Assembly (NCBI RefSeq): GCF_009914755.1
Contig: NC_060930.1
Direction: 5' to 3' (one strand)
Length of the DNA stretch: 64,000 nt
From: the human T2T-CHM13v2.0 reference genome, Homo sapiens
Shown: positions 41,801-57,912 of the stretch, piece by piece
Position numbering within the stretch: the stretch's first letter is position 1
How the letters are laid out: each line of letters starts with the position of its first letter
Position numbers and translations under genes: made by a program
The notes under the pieces: model-generated
What the model was told of the DNA's origin: nothing
Databases searched by the model: none
The model's input: the letters and a program-made list of their open reading frames with translations, nothing else

Positions 41801-42934
41801 AAGCTCAACACCAATCAGATGGCATATAAAAAGGAGAATGGAAGCCTGACAGATCCACAAGAATATCCACAAGTGTCAGATATCCCTTTTGTAAAATCAT
41901 ACAAGAAATAAACTAAAATAAGAAAATGAACTTAGAGAAGCATCACCCCAGGTTTACTTATTTTATCTTGGTAATTACTAAATACTCTGCTTTACTTGGC
42001 CATGTAGCACTCACTATAACTTTACCCTGGTGTCTGTGACACTGAGGAAAAAATGCCAAGAAATCTACTATTATCCAAAGAATACTGATTAGATCGGGCC
42101 TTGCAGAATGTCCTTTAAAAAAATCAGCTTTAAAAAACACCTTGTAGTAACTGTCAAATTTCCAATCATGCTTCCAGACAGATCAGCATTTGTGGTAGGA
42201 ACTGTTCTCAGTTTTTATTAAAAATCTCATTTGCCAGTAGGTTCATATATTTTTTAGATGTCTGGCCTAATTTCTTTCAACTCTGTATATATCACATATT
42301 TTTCTTAGCTATAATTAGTCACTAAGACTTATTAGCACAGTAGTAGTTCCAAGAAACTCTAAACTACAAGTCAGCATGGATTTTTGCTTTTATGTATTTC
42401 TTGACACTCAGGATAAGTGTTTTGTTTCTTCCCCCTGGAATAAGGCACACATCAGGTTTCCTCTTTTCACTCCTTGAGGATAACTATTATCATTAGGAGG
42501 GAACATTAGAATAATTCTTAAAGTAACACATCAAAAGGATTTGGTTGTGTTTAAGCAGTCTCTCAATTCTTTGACTATAGTGTAGCAAAACTTTCAGGCA
42601 TCAGGAGAAAAAAAAAGTTAAAACAAACCCTTTATTACCAGCTGCTACATTTGGAGGTGAATCCATAATACTAACTGACAACTTTTCATATGAAATTCAG
42701 AGTCTGAAGTTTCCTTTTTGTATTCCCTGAATATCTGTTCTCTCCACTTCAAAGGACTGTCTGCTGCAGAGCAAGGAGAGGTGGCTCATATACAACGGCA
42801 CTCCTCTTCTGTTTAAATCATACCTTTCAGCAGTTCTGGGGCTGCAGGCAATGATAAAAGGGCACATGGCTTTGATTGTTTATTCTTCAATAGCAAAGGC
42901 AGAGAAGCACCATGAACAAGGGCAAAAACTAAGG

Positions 42935-43045
42935 AGATAAGCAGGCTAGGTTCTAACCACTGCTCTGCCACTTAGTCTTGTGTGTGACCTTGAACAAATT
43001 ATTTAACTTCCAAATTACTCCTGTCCTCATTTGTAAAATGAATAT
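42935..43045 (+). mobile_element. MIR fragment
   Basis: CTCTGCCACTTAG..TGTGTGACCTTGAACAAATTATTTAAC..CCTCATTTGTAAAATG. Confidence 0.8.
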
Positions 43046-43046
43046 A

Positions 43047-43228
43047 CAGTTGTCCCTTGGTATCCAAGAGAGATTGGTTCCAGGACCCACTTCCCTACCT
43101 CCCCATACCAAAATCTGCGATGCTTAAGTCCCTTATGTAAAATGACGTTGTATTTGCATATAACCTATACACATTCTCCTGTATACATATTTTTAAATCA
43201 TTCTAAATTACTTATAATATCTAATACA
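43047..43228. mobile_element. MER2 (TcMar-Tigger) partial
   Basis: TA|CAGTTGTCCCTTGGTATCC..GATTGGTTCCAGGACCC..ACCAAAATC. Confidence 0.8.
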
Positions 43229-43269
43229 TTTTGTATTAGATAGGAAGAAAATGTAAAAAGTATTGGACA

Positions 43270-44040
43270 AGACATCAGAGAAATGCAAATCAAAACGACA
43301 ATGAAATATCACTTCACACCCATTAGGATGGTTATATTAAAAAAGACAGATAAAAACAGGTCTTGGTGTGGATGTGGAGAGATTGGAACTCTCCCATACT
43401 GATGGTGGGAATTTAAAATGGTACAACTACTTTAGAAAACAGTCACACAGTTCTTCAAAAGGTTAAACATAGTGTTATCATAGGGCCCAGCAGTCTCACT
43501 CCTAGGTGTATACCCAAGAGAAATGAAAACATGCCCACACAAACACTTGTACACAAATGTTCATAGCAGCATTATATATACTACCCAAAAAGTGGAAACA
43601 GCCCACATGTCCATCAACTGATGAATGGATAAACAAAATGTAGAATATCCATACAATGGAATATTATTCTGAAATAAAAAGGAATGAAGTACTGTTACAT
43701 GCTACAACATAGATGAACCTTGAAAACATTACACTATGTCAAAGGAGGCAGTCAGAGAAGACCACATATTATGTAATTGCATTTATATGAAATGGTCAGA
43801 ATAGGCAAAGCTATAGAGAAAAGCAGGTACCCAGTTGCTAGAAACTGGGGTGAGGAGAAACAGGAAATGGCTGCAACTGGGTATACGTTTTGGGGGAGGT
43901 GAAGAAAATTTTCTAAACTTAGATAGTAGTGATGGTTGCAGAACTCTGTGAATCTACTGAAAATTATTCCATTGTACATTTTAAATGGTTGAATTGTATG
44001 ATATGTGACTTATATCTCCATAAAACCATTTTAATAAAAA
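43270..44040 (+). mobile_element. L1MB 3' end
   Basis: GAAATGCAAATCAAAAC..ATGGAATATTATTC..GTGATGGTTGCAGAACTCTGTGAAT. Confidence 0.85.
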
Positions 44041-45233
44041 TGTTGTGCGTTGTAGGCAGAAAAAACTGCCTTCACCCAAAGTGTTTTTCTTTTTGTCACT
44101 GTTCGATATTTACTTTTCCAATATGATTTCATAGGCTTGGGAAAGGCCTTTGTGTGCCAAAAATGTCTCCTGCCCTTACCCTGCTCCTGCTTCACTAGTT
44201 TATAAAATTATACCTTATTAATTTCACTCCTTCTGCTGAAGGCTTTGCTTCTAACAAATATTCAAAATAGCTCAAGGAAAGATTTCTCACTGAGCTTTAT
44301 CAACCATGTGCTATTTAGTATGAATGAGCTTGCCAGATCTTTTGCTGACATCGGAATTTGGTTGAAGGCAAACAGAATGAGGATAAACTGCCAAGGGATG
44401 AAGGAAGAGGGCATTCTAATGAAAAGAGGGTACGCATACATTTTTTTTCATCCCTTAATGTTTTAACAGCAATGATCCTACTGCCTGCCTGTCTTTGCTA
44501 ATACCCTGATATGTCTCCTGTGTTTCTCTGTTTTCTCATCTACTGATTCATACCATCTCTGTATCCTGCAGGACCTGATTCGAAGGTCACTTATGCCAAA
44601 GCCATGATTGTTTAAAGTTACTACTTATGTTTCTATTTCCTATGCTTTTGGTCCATATCTTTATTTATTTTAATTTGAGATTACATTGAAACTTTTTCAA
44701 GCTGCTTCATATATACGAGTTTTGCTCTTTAAATAAAATATTAGTTCAGCAACAACATGACTATGTCACAGATTGTGGATAGGTTTTGTTTAGAGAATCA
44801 ATTCCAACCGATGGTCAGGAGCTGTCTGAGAAGGACTCCAAACCTTTCTACCCTCAGCAAGGAGGCATACTGTGATTGACTAGCTATGCCTGCAATTAAC
44901 ACAGGAGGGAGTAGAGAATATGCGTGCCACTCCTCATTGTTGTAACTCCTTAGACAGCCCTTTGTTATTTGATACTTCCCTCTGCCTTACAATCAGACAT
45001 GAGTTTTACCTACACAGTAGAAAAACTTTCTTCGTTTTTGCACACCAGCATGGGCTGTCTTGTTAGATCATTTGCTAATAATCCTAACACTCTGTACTCT
45101 ATAACATTATGTGACACTACAATATTTCATCTATTATTTTGTAACACTACCTATGTGACTTAGATCGTCTAACCTCCATGAATAAGAAAAATATTTTTTA
45201 ATATATATACATGACATATGGCACAGCACACAC

Positions 45234-45768
45234 TGTTGTCTGGCTAACCAGCATCCATCCCCTCAACCCTCCTTCCGAAAACAATTACAATGTTGCTTCC
45301 TTATCCACCCTTTCCCGTGGGTCCAGGTGATTCAGGGGAGGTTGGGGCTACTACAAGGCAAAGCCTCGAAGCCAAACTTGACAGTTCTGTTCCTCTGCCT
45401 GGGGTTGGTTTAAGCCAGTAATGTGATGCAACTCTGACGGGAAAGGAGATTGCTGCTGGATTGGGGGCATCTGGGAGAGTCCCCCTCTCCCTCTTTTCAA
45501 GACTCACAGAAATAGATGTTCTCTTTTTTCTCTGGACATTGTTGTGTGTGGATACTAGGCCTGGAACTGCTATACCCTTCATGCTATGAGGCTAAGAACA
45601 AGGTCTGTCCGCAGAGGAGGGTGAAACAGAGAAAATGACAAAGAGGCAGAGCCAGAGTCATGACAGCCTGTACCTGGGGTATGCCAACTTGCCCCTTCAC
45701 TGGGCTTCTTAAGAGAGGTAATAATTCTGGTACTTTTTAAACCTACTTGATTCCAGTTTACTGATACT
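45234..45768 (+). mobile_element. MLT1 (K/J/L-like) LTR
   Basis: TTGGTTTAAGCCA; AGGCCTGGAACTGCTA; old MaLR layout. Confidence 0.55.
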
Positions 45769-45879
45769 TCACCTTAGTGATACATGTGGTAATTCCAAAC
45801 TATAGTTACACCTATATATTTGATAGCACAGACATAAACATTTATCATTAACTGCAATAACCCAATCTGGGTTCAACTT

Positions 45880-46327
45880 TGCGTAATAAAGTGGGAAGTT
45901 ATTTCTCGGTTGCCATGGACCCCAAGGTGGCAAGTTATGTAACCTGAGCATACCCAGATGAACCAAGCATGCAATCATGGGCAGAACCTAAGTGCTCAGA
46001 CCAAGGAATGGTGACTGAATGAAGAAGCAAACACCACATGGCATGATCCAGGTCCAATCAGACCAAGCCCTGTGATCACCTCATGGCATAGTCCAATCAA
46101 TGCACACCTCCCGGCACCACCCCATCACAAGATCCAATCAGATCACACTTCATTACCCTCTGACTATAAAATTTGCCCAATCTCCATCTTGGAAAGACAG
46201 ATTTGAGCCTGACTCATGTCTCCTTGCAGCTGCCTGGTAATAAACCTTTCTCGCTACAAAACCCAGTGCTTTTGTGTTTGGCTTTCCATTGCACACAGGC
46301 AAATGGACACAGTTCAGTTTAGTAACA
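45880..46327 (+). mobile_element. Solo LTR (LTR47-like) with CCAAT x3, TATA and polyA signal
   Basis: CCAATCA 46054/46093/46134, TATAAAA 46165, AATAAA 46239, terminal GTAACA; 5' boundary uncertain. Confidence 0.65.
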
Positions 46328-46489
46328 TGTCTCTGTGTGTGTGTGTTTGTGTGTGTATGTGTGTGTAATTTCAGATGCTCTTTATAACAATTTTATAAAG
46401 CAGCTATTTTACAGGAATTATCATCTTGAATTAAAATATAAAGAAACTGAGCCTCAGACATGCCAGAGATCACACAATTTGTTAGTGCC

Positions 46490-47525
<1,036 letters not shown>

Positions 47526-48191
47526 ATTAATTAATTCATACTAAATGCTTCCGCCACACAAATCCTCCCTGCTGTCCAAAGTCCTGTGTAGCTCCTATCC
47601 TGGCAATAGCATAATCCATAAACCTTTATGGCATTGGGATTCAACTGTCTTTCAACCCAAGAGAATGAATAAGAGTCACAGAGAAGCATTCCCCTGGAGC
47701 CTGTCACAAAAGCATATGCCTTAATTTACAGGTCACACTGTGTTCTTATAAAATTATTTTTCATGAGTTTGCAATACCAGTCCTCTCATGCACAGGGCTC
47801 CTGTCAGAGACCCCTCAGACCTAGGTGTAAGGAGAGAACTTGCTGAACAGCACAAGGATTTATCGTTGGAATAGTTCCATCCAAGATAAACTGATTGCTA
47901 AGTGCATGCTAACTGGATGGATTAAGCTGCTATAAAAAACAAGATTATTAAATATAAGCCAGTTAAATGTTGAGGAACAACTATCACAAATGACAGCCTT
48001 AGTTTAGAATAACAGACTCGCAGCCCTTCTTTTTGTTTACAATTATATGGCAGATTCAGTTTTATATTAAGCATATTGCTAGTTTGTGACAGAACAGTCA
48101 ACATCAGGGGACAGGGTGAGGATGGGGGCTGGGTGGCTTCTCTAGAGCCCATGCAGGAGGAGTGTGGCAGAGGGAACCCACCTGCACTGCC

Positions 48192-48714
48192 TGTTACTGG
48201 TGGAGGGTGTCCAGGTTCTTGGCTTTTTGAACAAAGAATTGGACAAAACACACAAACAAAGCAAGGAAAGAATGAAGCAACAAAAGAACAAAGCAGGGAT
48301 TTATTGAAAATGAAAGTGCACTCCACAGGGTGGGAGCAGACCCCAGCAGTGGCTCAAGGGCCTAGATACAGAATCTTCTCAAGTCCAAATACCCCCTAGA
48401 GGTTTCCTACTGGCTACTTGGTGTTCACCCCGTGTAAATGAAGTGGTGGTAATCAGTCCGATTGGTTGTGGAAAGCAGAGGCTGAAGTAAAGTTACAAAG
48501 TTACACTCCTATGCAAACGTCTAATTGGTTGCAAAAAGCAAATTTCAATTTCCCATCTGCCCTGCAGAAAAGGTGGGGGTTTACAAAAGGTGCTGCCTCT
48601 GGTCTTTTTGTTACTTAGGCTTGGAAAGTTAGGGTTTTCCTTTCAATTTAGTTCTAGGAAGTCAGTGTGAAATGGCCTTAGCTTCCCTGCCTCCAGACCC
48701 TGTTCTCCTACCTG
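48192..48714 (-). mobile_element. MER51-type ERV1 solo LTR
   Basis: Minus strand begins GGAGAACAGGGTCTGGAGGCAGGGAAGCTAAGGCC..CTGACTTCCTAGAACTAAAT and ends CCAGTAACA. Confidence 0.85.
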
Positions 48715-49704
48715 TAGCAAAGGCCTCCAGGTGCTTTCACTTGAGAATGCAGTGGACCCATGGCCAGAGGCAGTGGCTGCAGGAGCCAGGGCTTGGGGGT
48801 GCCTGAGGGTCACATAGCTGTTGCCCCCATGGTGTGTCGGGTACAGCCATTTCATAACCAGTGAGAGGAAGGGTGTTTGCCTGCACCCCCTTCACCAGAC
48901 CATCCTGATTCTTTCATTTTTATCTTTTAATTATTCTCTCTGCATTGTACGTAAAATTCTAAAGGTTTTTTTCCAATTAGATTTTATGCAGCGTTGATTC
49001 TGAACCTCAGTGCTTCTAAAGATCTTCAGTTAAAATTCAGTGACTATGGTTTTGTCTTTAAAATCCTTGTCTCATCCCGCTCTTCCTCCCTCTCAGCAAG
49101 ACAGCCTTTCAGCTGAGACTGTTATGAGTTCATCTTTGGTCGTCTCTCTTTTTGCAGAGTCATTTAAATTTTTAATAATTGAGGACATAAAGAAGATGCA
49201 TATTTCTGTTTTCTGTGGAATGCTTATCTTTTATACCTAATATTTGGTATAAAATTTTTTTATTTGCTTCCTTAACACTGCCCCCACCCCACCTTGTCTT
49301 TAAAAAGGAGAGCCAACATATACTACAAATGGTCAATAATAATGAAATGTGTTTAACAGTGATGTATCAAGTTCAGATTAAGAAAGAGATGTACTTACTC
49401 CAAGTCTCAGAGAATGTAGAGAAGCAGGGGTTTGTCTTTCTTTCACTGACTGTCCATCTTTGCATATCCTGGCATTGAATCAACACCTTTAGGTTCTCCA
49501 GAGGTCAATGGTTCAAAGTGTACAGATCCCAATGCTAGAGGAAGGATCACGTATTATATCAGTATTATGATAACTCCATGACTCTGGTGTAAACCTGATG
49601 TCATACTGTGTATTTTGTAGAGTGATATACTTGCACATATGACACCTAACTCCTAAGTTTTAATGAGATCACTTAGCACTTTCAATGACTTACTATTATC
49701 TTTT

Positions 49705-51851
<2,147 letters not shown>

Positions 51852-53762
51852 TTAATTTAGTTATATAAAGGTTTTTTTTTTTCTTTTGGATGTTTTTGGT
51901 TTACCATTGGTTCCTTTCTTTTTCCTCTACTATCTTGGAGTAACTGTTCTGATGTGGGTATTGTTTACTGTATTTCAAGTACAGTTAGTTGAAGTAACTG
52001 TTCTGATGTGGGTATTGCAAGGTAACATTTACTAACTATTGAGGAGATTGTAAAATATTTTTTCTTCATTCTTAAAAATCAGTAATTTTACCATGATGTG
52101 CTTAAGTGTGTGTCAAACATTCCTGGATTTAGTGAGCCATTTTAATAAGAGAACTGAAGATTTTCTTTAGCTCAGGGAAACTTTATCTATTATCTGAAAC
52201 ATTATCACATTTTATTCTCTCCCCCCACCCCTACCACCCCCAGCCACCTACCCTTTGTGATCTGCCCTTGAAGCCCCTTTTCTCTTATTTGCCCTTTTGG
52301 GACCTGAGTTAGTGACCTAAGAGATTTAAAAAATCCTTGTGTTAAATTCATTTACTGAATTAATTTTTTTTTAGCAAATTCTTCCAATCCTGAGATTTAC
52401 TGCATTTTTAATTTGAAAATCATGTCTATTTTTAGAAAATCTTTTGTCATACTGAATCTTAATCGCATTCAATTTTTGTTCAGTAGTCATTTTTTTTCCT
52501 CTGGTAGCTGTGTCTCACAAGGTGGTGTGTTTGTTCATTCTCTCTCTGACTGCTGGGACGTATTACGAGGAGAGTGTAGGTGGAGGAGAAGAAGGTGACA
52601 GCTGCTCCATTAGGGGGATGTTGTTAGTAGCTGGATTGGAGTCAAGAGGAGAGGGAAAAAGGGGTTCCCATCTTTCCAGAATTTTATATAATCTTAGCAT
52701 AGGATATTTTTCTTTGTTACTAGAAACAGAAGTCTCATAGATTTTATGTTAGGAATCATGGACCCCGCAAATCAGGAAAATCATCTTTTTTTTTTTCTTA
52801 AAAATGGCAAAAAAATTGATTTTACCCCTTTAAATCTTTCTTCTCATCATTATTAGGTTGTTTTGCAGGATTTTGTCAACTGAAATTTTATCTGTAATAA
52901 TGTCAGAATCTAGTGACACTGCAACCGCAGATAGGTAGTATTTTTGGCAATGAAAGTTTACAGTATAATCCGATATAAACTGCTATTGTTCAAATATTAA
53001 TAATATATAAAAACTAATGAAATATGAAGAAAAATCAGGCATGCCTCATTTTATTGTGTTTCACAGATTTTTTTATTTTTTTAATAAATTGAAGGTTTGT
53101 GGCAACCCTGCACTGAGTAAGTCTATCATTGCCGTTTTTCCAACAGTATGTGCTCACTTCATTTCTCTGTGCCACATTTTGTTAATACTGATACAATAAT
53201 AATAATAAAGTTTGAAATAGTTCATAGTTCTCTTTTTTCCTCTCATTCTTATCAGATCATCACAACAGATAGGTATCTGTTGTGATGATCAGTGATCTTT
53301 GATGTTACTATTATAATTGAAGTTGTGGTAGATATAGCAAGACAACTAGAATTAGAGTGATATCTAAAGATGTGACTGAATTGCTGCAATCTCACGATAA
53401 AACTTGAATGAATGAGGAGCTGCTTCTCATTGATGAGCAAAGGAAAGTAGTTTCTTGAGATGAAATCTCACAGTGAAGATGCTGTGAGCTTTGTAGAAAT
53501 GACCACAAACGATTTAGAATATTACATAACCTTAGTTGACAAAGCAGTGGCAGGGCTTGAGAGGATTGACTCCAATTTTGAAAGCAGTTCTACACAAGGT
53601 AAAATGCTATCAAACAGCATTGCATGCTACAGAGAAATCTTTTATGAAAGGAAGAATCAATCAATGCAGCAAACTTCATTGTTGTTTTTTCAGAAATGGC
53701 CACAGCTACCCCGACAACCTTCAGCAACCCCACCCTGATCAGTCCGTAGCCATCAACAATGA

Positions 53763-54128
<366 letters not shown>

Positions 54129-54358
54129 GATTGTTAGCATTTTTTTTGTTGTTGTTGTTAGCAATAAAATATTTTAAAATTAAAGTGCGTACATTGTTAT
54201 TTTAGACATGATGCTATTGCACACTTAACAGACTACAGTATATTGTAAACATAACTTTTATATGCACTGGGAAACAAAAAATTCAAGTGACTCACTTCAT
54301 TATGATTTCGCTTTATTGTGGTAGTCTGAAATTAAATCCATAATATGTCAGAGGTATT

Positions 54359-54514
54359 ATATGCTTTTCTGATTCAAATATTTTAATTACGTAAGTCTGA
54401 GGTAACACAAACAATGTAGAACTGACCACAATTAATTAATTGTATTTATTATACTAGTCAAACTCCTGATTTAAGCCTATTATAACTCAGCTATTTGGCC
54501 TTAAAGTAAGATAA
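54359..54514 (-). repeat. 156-bp inverted duplicate of 57927-58082
   Basis: Hand alignment: 152/156 identical, no gaps. Confidence 0.95.
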
Positions 54515-55140
54515 GGTATGCCTGTGTGTATTTACTAAATACATTTATCAGAGGTATGCCTGTATGTATTTTACTAAAAAAAGTTTTCATATTAATTTCT
54601 ATATTTTATTTTTCTCTCTGTGTTCCCTGGCTGAGTGTCAGAGCAGTAATTATTCCCTGAAAAAGGGAACAGGCTTCTTCCAAAGGCGTTTCTATGGCAC
54701 CTCCATAAATCAGCAAGGAAAGGCACCTAAGAGAGCAGTAAATCAGCACCCTGGGCTCTGTCCTCTCATTATACTCCCTTCTTGAGCACGATGAGGCTAT
54801 ATTTATTCCCTAAAGCAGTCCATCTATGTAAATATTTGAAAAAATGTATATATTTTTGGCTTTTGGCTTTATGAAAGCTTTAGGAATATGTTTTACTTCT
54901 TGTACATAGAAATCTATTTCTGTCTGCATATTTTGACTGATGTATGAGTACATATGATCTGTGAGCATAGTTCTCTTTTATCCTCTCATTCTTATCCGTC
55001 TACTTCTTGATACATGTTTAATTTCAATTTGGTATACATACATCCACTGATTAACTTGATACATCATAAATATTGTAGGTATTGGTGATATTAAAATAAA
55101 TATAGCATGATTCCTGTGTGCATATATAATTTGTAAACAC

Positions 55141-56150
55141 TGTAGGAGTGAAATGAATTTTTTCTTTTCCCCTCTGAAGGTTTCAATCTGCTGAAATAAA
55201 CTGACAATACATTAATAGGCAAAAAGGCATACAAATTTGTTAATGTGCAAGTGTGCATGGGAGCCATGTAAGATATGAGACTCAAAGAAGGGAACAGAGA
55301 TGGTTGAAGGTTAAAATAGCATGAAGGAATAGGGGCTTCAGACTTTTGGTGGACTTTACAGGTGGCTGTAAGTTATGGGAGGGAAAGGGGAGGAATCTCA
55401 TGGTGACCAAAGTTTATCTTACTACACAGATAAAAGTCTCTTAGGTAATAAAAGTTCTTTAAGGATCAACCTTCAGGAGAAGATGCCTGCCGTCTGGATG
55501 TGGTGATTACCTCTTTTTTTCTTTCTTTCTTTCTTTTTTTTTTTTTTTGTGACAAAGTCTTGCCCTGTTGCCCAGGCTGGAGTGCAGTGGTGTGATCTTG
55601 GCTCGCTGCAACCTCCACCTCCCAGGTTCAAGTGATTTTCATTCCTCAGTCTCCTGAGTAGCTGGGACTACAGGTGCATGTCACCATGCCCAGCTATTTT
55701 TTTTCTTTTTTCGTATTTTCAGTAGGGGTAAGGTTTCGTCATGTTGGCCAAGCTGGTCTCAAACTCCTGGCCTTGAGTGATCTGCCCACCTTGGCCTCCC
55801 AAAGTGCTGAGATTACAGGCGTGAGCCCCACGGTGCCCAGCCTGGATGTAGTGATGACTTTTAATGTCCTTTCTGGTAAATAATCTTTTCTGGTTGTTTG
55901 ATGAGATTCCTAGGGAAGGGGTTCAAGACAATTGCATTCCTTTTGGAAGAACTTCCTTCAGTCAGATAAGGGAACTTGAGAAAGCTCCTCTCTGCACTAG
56001 CAAAAGGAAAGAGAAGAAAGGGCAGGAGAAGGTCAGAGAGAGCGACCTTAGTTCTGAGGCTCATTTCTGAGGCTTTTCAATCTTCTTTGTTCAAAGCACT
56101 CAGCATGCCAACATGCCATATTGTAGGGTATTATCTTCTGAGCCCCAACA
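55141..56150 (-). mobile_element. MER39-like ERV1 solo LTR with Alu insertion
   Basis: Minus strand TGTTGGGGCTCAGAAGATAATACCC...CCTACA; 4-bp TSD ACAC at 55137-55140 and 56151-56154. Confidence 0.85.
55513..55842 (-). mobile_element. Alu (Sz/Jb-like)
   Basis: Reverse Alu dimer; TSD TGGATGT(G/A)GTGAT. Confidence 0.92.
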
Positions 56151-57594
56151 ACACATAGCACATATTCTAGCTAGATATTTAGTATGCTCGTCAAGTCAGA
56201 ATATTTTTAGATGATAGAATACAAGTAAAGCCCTAATTTTTATTAAGCCTTTAGAGAGGTGGTGAGTTTACAATTGGGCCATGTGAAAGTAAATTATACA
56301 GCACTCTGGAGAGGTGGGGAAATACAAATTATTCCCTTTTATCTTTATCCTTTTATCCTGACCCAACCACAAAAGTCAGTTGTCTGTTTCCTTGACAAGT
56401 TAAAAATTATCCCAAGGCCCTAAGAATATTTATTACCCCTTTTCCTGTTTTATAAAATGATATCTAACTTTAAAAAGCATTTGTAGCCTAATGGAAATAA
56501 TACTATAGTGGGAAACATATACTAATTTGAGATCTTGGCCTATTGAACCCAATAAAAGCTCAAAATTTATTTATTTTGATGATTTGATCTAGGTCACATC
56601 TGAAACTTTAATTCAATGGAATTGAAAATATGTTTTTTAAAATTATTTTAATCATATAAAAACTTTAAAGAAAGTTATCATCTTTTGTAAGCTAGTTTTG
56701 TAGAAACCATTAACTAATCTTTATCAGCACAGATCTACCTCAAAATTGTAATTGCAGTCCAGTTGTAATTACCTAAAAAGGTACAAAGGGATGGTATTTG
56801 AATTTGGCATGTATGTTCACATATTTATAGTAGAAGCTAAGTTTTAGAATAATAAATGTATAATATATTTTCTAGGTATAAACTGATATGAAGGATTTAC
56901 CTATAATCTGAAAAACGAATATGTAATTGATGTTAGATAATTTCAGGAATGGAATAATTTGTGTAGTTGCTATTAAATAGTGACATTATTTAGCCTTGTT
57001 TGAACAAAGTAGATAAAGGATCCAAAGTGAAGCAATATTTAGAAATAAAAATTTTTAAGGAAATAGCTTATAAGCTGAAGTAAATATTTTCAAAGTGTCT
57101 TATGTTGTCAAAATGATAACATAAAGCAAGCTGGAGACTTTGCTCTTCAAATCTACACAACAGGACTGGCCTATCCATGAACCTTTCTACATGTAAATAT
57201 CTAGTTAGAAAGGAGCTTTCTGGGGAGTCTATTCTGGGGTAGATCTGTGTTTAAGACAACTGAGTGTACTGGAAATGGACTCTCCAGTCACTTGCAAAAC
57301 ATGTTATTTCATTATTTATCTTTAACACTTTAAGTTTAATTAGCATTTTTTTTCAGGCTTATATATACATTGGCTCAAGTGCAGCCAAACTTGCTTTCGA
57401 TTTGTGAAAAGGAACTTCAACTTTAAGTAGGAAAAAAGAATGTACAATGTATATTGTTAGAGTTCTTTAAAAGAAACCTTGAAACGATCCATAATACAAT
57501 GATTTTTCAGGATTTGAGCATTAAGCTATCCATCTGAAATATTCCTTCATAAATAAATAAATAATGTTTTGCCTTAAAGAATGAGATAATTTTG

Positions 57595-57912
57595 AGCCAA
57601 GCACAGGGTATTATGCCTGTAATCCCAACACTTTAGGAGGCCAAGGCAGGAGGACCGCTTGAACAAGCCAGGAGTTTGAGACCAGCGTGGACAACAAATG
57701 AGACCCTGTCTCTACAAAAAATGTTTAAAGACTTAACTGAACCTGGTGTTGCATGCCTGTGGTCCCAGTTACTTGGGAGGCTGAGGCAGAAGGATCACTT
57801 GAGCCTAGGAGTTTGAGACTGTAGTGAGCTATGATTGTGTCACTGCACTGCAGCCTTGGTGACAGTTTGAGACCCTGTGTCTAAAATCAAATAAATAAAT
57901 AAATTAAAAAAA
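57595..57912 (+). mobile_element. AluJ-like
   Basis: GAGACCCTGTCTCTAC, GGATCACTTGAGCCTAGGAGTTTGAG; (AAAT)n tail. Confidence 0.9.

Noticed and set aside
51939-52017. CRISPR-like repeat-spacer-repeat
   Set aside because: Only two repeats, primate genome, no cas genes
53460-53738. Domesticated TIGD1-like gene
   Set aside because: Only the transposase C-terminal remnant of an internally deleted Tigger1
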